Below are positions 60,117-64,000 of a stretch of 64,000 nt of DNA, one piece after another. Within the stretch, counting starts at the first letter, position 1. Every line of letters begins with the position of its first letter. The stretch comes from Candidatus Poribacteria bacterium. GTDB taxonomy: Bacteria > Poribacteria > WGA-4E > PCPOR2b. The notes under the pieces were generated by a model that saw only the letters and a list, made by a program, of their open reading frames with translations, searched no databases and was not told the DNA's origin. The stretch is from assembly GCA_965116925.1 (NCBI GenBank), contig OZ220744.1, positions 320,001 to 384,000 of the forward strand, in the 5' to 3' direction. A program made the translations under genes and the position numbers.

Positions 60117-61169
60117 GTGACTTATCACGAATCGCAAATCACGTTTGACACGCCACGTTTTCAGATTTCTCATCAATGGCGGCAGTATCTTTGGATCGTT
60201 TGTACATCCTGGATACTACTGTTTCTTTCGTGTCAGAATGAGCAAGGTAATTACACCGCTGTGAGCCAGAATGGTCAATATGTCTATGGCGTTTGGAAGG
60301 CTCGAACCGCTAAGGCAGCGAAAAACCTCTCGCGTCAAATTGACCAAGTGTCAACGGAGGGGCTTCTTGAGATTGATTCACTTTCCTTAATCACAACCGA
60401 AAAACCGATAGATTTATTGCCTGCAAATGAAGAAGCGTCCTACTGGGTTCGAGTCAGAAAACCGAGCGTTGATGTTGGGAAAGAGTTATACAAAAATGTG
60501 ATTGGTGGAAACCCTGAACTATATCACAGCTACGGCTTTATCGAAGGTGCTTCTGTCGAGTATCAAACCCCCCGACTCGGATCTCAGCCGCTGATTCTTT
60601 TAGAGGTCTTCGACATGGGGACTCCAGAGAACGCGTTCGGTGTCTATAGCCGCGATCGCTATCCACAGGATGAATTTGAGTGGGTCGGTAGTAGAGCAAT
60701 CATTTCTGGACGAGAACTTAACTTCTGGAAAGGTAGATACTTCATAAAAATTGAGGGTTACGAATTTGCTAGTCAAATTAAACAGGGCATGGTTGAACTT
60801 GCTAAAGCAACTGCTGACCACATCAAAGATCCACTGGTAACACCACATCTTTTGACGCTTCTCCCTTCAGAGAATAGGGTGCCTCACAGCGAAAAGTACT
60901 TCCCCTCCGGCGCGACCTTGAAGAAAATCCACCGTTTCCTGCCCGAACATTTGCTAGAATCCAACCCAAACGTAACCGGGTGCTCTGCTACATATCTACA
61001 TAAAAAATCCTCGACCGACTGGATCGACACAATGACCGCGTTTGTTTTACGCTATGAAACTGAGTCAGAGGCGAAAACCGCCTATGACATCTATCGGGAT
61101 CACTTAGAAGCGAACGCCCGTACAGTTGATTCAACCCAAGCCGGTGGAGTGATCGTTGAAGAACAGTGA
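60117..61169 (+). CDS. Conserved lipoprotein (DUF6599-like)
   Basis: LSC lipobox; EVFDMGTPENAFGVYS and FWKGRYFIKI. Confidence 0.7.
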   Translation: MTYHESQITFDTPRFQISHQWRQYLWIVCTSWILLFLSCQNEQGNYTAVSQNGQYVYGVWKARTAKAAKNLSRQIDQVSTEGLLEIDSLSLITTEKPIDLLPANEEASYWVRVRKPSVDVGKELYKNVIGGNPELYHSYGFIEGASVEYQTPRLGSQPLILLEVFDMGTPENAFGVYSRDRYPQDEFEWVGSRAIISGRELNFWKGRYFIKIEGYEFASQIKQGMVELAKATADHIKDPLVTPHLLTLLPSENRVPHSEKYFPSGATLKKIHRFLPEHLLESNPNVTGCSATYLHKKSSTDWIDTMTAFVLRYETESEAKTAYDIYRDHLEANARTVDSTQAGGVIVEEQ

Positions 61170-61215
61170 GGCGTGAGAGGGATGCATACGACCACACGGA
61201 AAATGGAGAACTACC

Positions 61216-61461
61216 ATGTCGCAGCTTATACCTGAAGCGAGAAAAGCCCGCTGTCCGAACTGTAATGGCAAACAATTCACTCGATCTATCAGATATGAAC
61301 TGTATCAATCAATAGATGAAGATGGAAACATCATTGATGAAGATCCTTATACTTGGGATAGGGAAATAACCGAAGGAATTCGATGTGTTGCCTGCGGAGA
61401 GAACTGCGACCATTTATTCGGAAAAGAGCAAGACCATAATTGGATGATAGAGGTTCTATAG
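61216..61461 (+). CDS. Small acidic zinc-ribbon protein
   Basis: CPNC...CVAC; GGAG RBS. Confidence 0.65.
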   Translation: MSQLIPEARKARCPNCNGKQFTRSIRYELYQSIDEDGNIIDEDPYTWDREITEGIRCVACGENCDHLFGKEQDHNWMIEVL

Positions 61462-61481
61462 TTTTGAGAGAAGGCAATACA

Positions 61482-62567
61482 ATGCGTCAATTAGAAGATT
61501 TGAGCACAGTAAAATTGACATTCTATCCAATGGCCGGTAGCGTGTCAGAGCAATTTGATAATTTGCTTCAGACGCTTAGATGGTTGAACGCACTTAAACC
61601 TACTCCTGAAGAAACTATTGAATGGCTTCAAACAACATTTGTGTTAAGCGGCTATTTTGCACGTAATGTATGTACTGTCCTCCTAATAAGCAGCGGTTTA
61701 GTAAGTGTTTGCAATGGACGATGTTATCTAACCCGTGATGGACAATCTGTTTTAGATTCTGCTTCTCCAGTAGTGCTGCTTGAGATTTTTGAGAAACGTT
61801 TTGTGGGTATGTTCGCGTGTCTGCAAGTTCTCGGTGTTCATAACAATATCGATTTTGAAACGTTGCGGACAATGTGGTTTGAAGTAATTAAAGAACAATT
61901 CCCACAAGTGCAGACTTGGAGTAAGAGTACTCAGGGCAATCAATGTCGTCATCGCATAAACTGGTTACGTGCGATGAACTTAATGGCATTTTTAGATGGA
62001 CGATATGCTTTATCAGAGAGTGGATGGGAATTTATACTAATAAATGTTCCTGAAGTAAGTACTGTTCAACATCAAGAAATTAACCGGCAAGAAACGCAAT
62101 TAAGCGAACTGGTTTCGGAGAAGTTTCAGTTATTTGACCGTTCAGTTCAAAAAGATAGCTCTTTGCGTAAGACGTTTGCGCGGAACATCGCTTTTCGTAA
62201 GATAGTAACTACCCAATATGAGCATTGCTGTGCTGTCTGTGGATTTCGCCTGAAAACACTGAGAGGCCGGTGTGAGGTAGAAGCCGCACACATTATTCCT
62301 AAGCACAAAAATGGGATTGACGATCCACGCAATGGAGTATCTTTGTGTAGAACGCATCATTGGGCATTTGATGAAGGTATAATTTCAGTTCACCCGGACG
62401 ATTTAACCGTGATGACGGCAGCCTATTTAGACGATCAAAAAAATGATATATCCGTACAGCAAATTTTACAACTACATGGAAAGCGTATCAGGTCTGTCAC
62501 CAATCAGACCTACTCGCCTGCTGCTGAAGCACTTACATGGCACAATCAGCACGTTTTTGGGAACTGA
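61482..62567 (+). CDS. HNH_2 endonuclease with N-terminal winged-helix-like domains
   Basis: CAVCG, EAAHIIP, NGVSLCRTHHWAFD; two Y.L(T/S)..G wing motifs. Confidence 0.9.
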   Translation: MRQLEDLSTVKLTFYPMAGSVSEQFDNLLQTLRWLNALKPTPEETIEWLQTTFVLSGYFARNVCTVLLISSGLVSVCNGRCYLTRDGQSVLDSASPVVLLEIFEKRFVGMFACLQVLGVHNNIDFETLRTMWFEVIKEQFPQVQTWSKSTQGNQCRHRINWLRAMNLMAFLDGRYALSESGWEFILINVPEVSTVQHQEINRQETQLSELVSEKFQLFDRSVQKDSSLRKTFARNIAFRKIVTTQYEHCCAVCGFRLKTLRGRCEVEAAHIIPKHKNGIDDPRNGVSLCRTHHWAFDEGIISVHPDDLTVMTAAYLDDQKNDISVQQILQLHGKRIRSVTNQTYSPAAEALTWHNQHVFGN

Positions 62568-62657
62568 ATTTGAAACTCAGCAAATCTTGAATGAATTAGA
62601 AGCAAAATTATAGTTGCCTTTCATGTTTCACACTTTACACTCAAAAGGAGATTAACC

Positions 62658-63413
62658 ATGCGAGGAGATTTTGAAGCCTATTTGAACGACTCGTTCCGCG
62701 ATGAGAACGGGAAATTGGATTTAGACAAGTTGTTAGTCCTTGAGGATGAGGCGGACATGGACGTTGCTGTCATCATGCCCAACACCCAGCCCGAACCGAA
62801 CAATCAGGAACTTGGTGACGCGATAAAGGACAACCCGCGTGCCCTCGGTTGCGCGCTCGTCCATCCCAACGAAGATGACCCCGTTGGACAGGTCCGGAAA
62901 GCCGCAACCGAATGGGGTATGAAAGGTATTAAGTTGATGCCGGCGGTTCACGGGTATGATGTTGATGATGAAATGGTCAAGCCGGTCGCCGAGGCAGCGC
63001 GAGACAATGGACTGATTGTTTCAATCCATTCAGGACCCGCAAATTGCCACCCCACACGCATAGGCAACGTGGCAAGTTGGATTCCTGAAACCCCCGTCAT
63101 CATGGATCACATGGGATTTCCCGATGACCTTGAGGCTGGGATCGAAGCCGCAAAAGCGAATCCAAACATCTCTTTAGGCACAACTATCCTCCGCTTTCAT
63201 CGCCGTTGGGGAACCGATCCGGACCAAGTCGTTCCCACCGAAGTTAAGAAAGCAGTGGATGAGTTAGGACCTGAACAGATTGTTTTCGGATCCAATACAC
63301 CCGAATATCGCCCGATCCAAGTTATCAACGCCCTCCGTCGCCTTGAATTGGGAGACGATGCCGAAGCACTGATTTTTGGAGATAATTTGGCTCGGATTTA
63401 TGGGTTAGTGTAA
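62658..63413 (+). CDS. Amidohydrolase family protein
   Basis: GIKLMP, IHSG, MDHMG, FGSNTP, GDNLARI. Confidence 0.88.
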   Translation: MRGDFEAYLNDSFRDENGKLDLDKLLVLEDEADMDVAVIMPNTQPEPNNQELGDAIKDNPRALGCALVHPNEDDPVGQVRKAATEWGMKGIKLMPAVHGYDVDDEMVKPVAEAARDNGLIVSIHSGPANCHPTRIGNVASWIPETPVIMDHMGFPDDLEAGIEAAKANPNISLGTTILRFHRRWGTDPDQVVPTEVKKAVDELGPEQIVFGSNTPEYRPIQVINALRRLELGDDAEALIFGDNLARIYGLV

Positions 63414-63421
63414 GATAAGCC

Positions 63422-64000
63422 GTGACAGAAAGACTCAATCGTACTCCCCTTTACGACGTTCATAAACAACTTGGCGGCAGACTGATCGAATTTGGCGGCT
63501 GGGAGATGCCGGTGCAGTATAGCAGCATCATTGACGAACACCTAGCCGTCAGGTCGAATGTAGGGATATTTGATGTTTCACACATGGGTGAACTCGAAAT
63601 ACGAGGTCCCGAATCCCTATCACTGATTCAAAAGCTGATTACTAATGATGCCGCCAAATTGGTCGATGGACAGGTACTCTATACGCCGATGTGTACAGAA
63701 ACAGGCGGAATTATAGATGACCTGCTCCTCTACCGTTTCGCAGCCGACCGGTATATGTTCGTCGTCAATGCCTCAAATATAGAAAAGGATTTGGAGTGGA
63801 TACACACGCACAGTGAAACGGGAGTAGAAATCGAAAACCGGAGCGACGAAACTGCTCTCGTTGCGCTGCAAGGACAAAATGCGCCTCAGTGCCTTCAAAC
63901 GCTTACTGATGTAGACATATCAACGGTGAATTATTACCGGTTTGCAGAGGGAGAGGTTGTTGGAATTCCAACCGTTATCTCACGGACGGGCTACACCGGA
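63422..64000 (+). CDS. gcvT: Glycine cleavage system aminomethyltransferase T (partial, runs off the window)
   Basis: Translates MTERLNRTPLYDVH..FGGWEMPVQY..FDVSHMGE..GGIIDD..SRTGYTG; missing from the ORF track because it has no stop. Confidence 0.97.
   Translation, partial: MTERLNRTPLYDVHKQLGGRLIEFGGWEMPVQYSSIIDEHLAVRSNVGIFDVSHMGELEIRGPESLSLIQKLITNDAAKLVDGQVLYTPMCTETGGIIDDLLLYRFAADRYMFVVNASNIEKDLEWIHTHSETGVEIENRSDETALVALQGQNAPQCLQTLTDVDISTVNYYRFAEGEVVGIPTVISRTGYTG

Noticed and set aside
1..64000. tRNA, rRNA or tmRNA genes
   Set aside because: None recognised by eye; tRNAscan-SE or Infernal would be needed to exclude them

Overview
Bacterial genomic window, inferred to be Candidatus Poribacteria-like because three secreted proteins end in the 'NYPNPFNPETWIPY...TRKMVILK' C-terminal domain. 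It has three parts. (1) 1-21 kb is a sigma-54 signalling island with two enhancer-binding proteins (bEBPs) and a giant 8-PAS histidine kinase. Four target loci each sit behind one of two duplicated enhancer + sigma-54 promoter cassettes (order A, B, B, A), and one copy lies inside perfect 32-bp inverted repeats. A RAYT transposase with a REP array is inserted between the kinase and its response regulator. (2) 21-45 kb is an accessory region of mostly co-oriented short secreted or lipoprotein genes, SodC, two STAS proteins, an M36-type peptidase, a truncated tnpB, damaged IS3 and IS982 elements, and many MITE/hairpin elements. (3) 46-64 kb is core genome: an ECF sigma/anti-sigma pair, rimP-nusA-ylxR-infB-DUF503-rbfA-nrnA-truB-ribF-rpsO-pnp, lptE-like, an HNH nuclease insert, an amidohydrolase and the start of gcvT. 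No rRNA, tRNA or CRISPR array was recognised. All family assignments come from motif recognition by eye, not from database searches.
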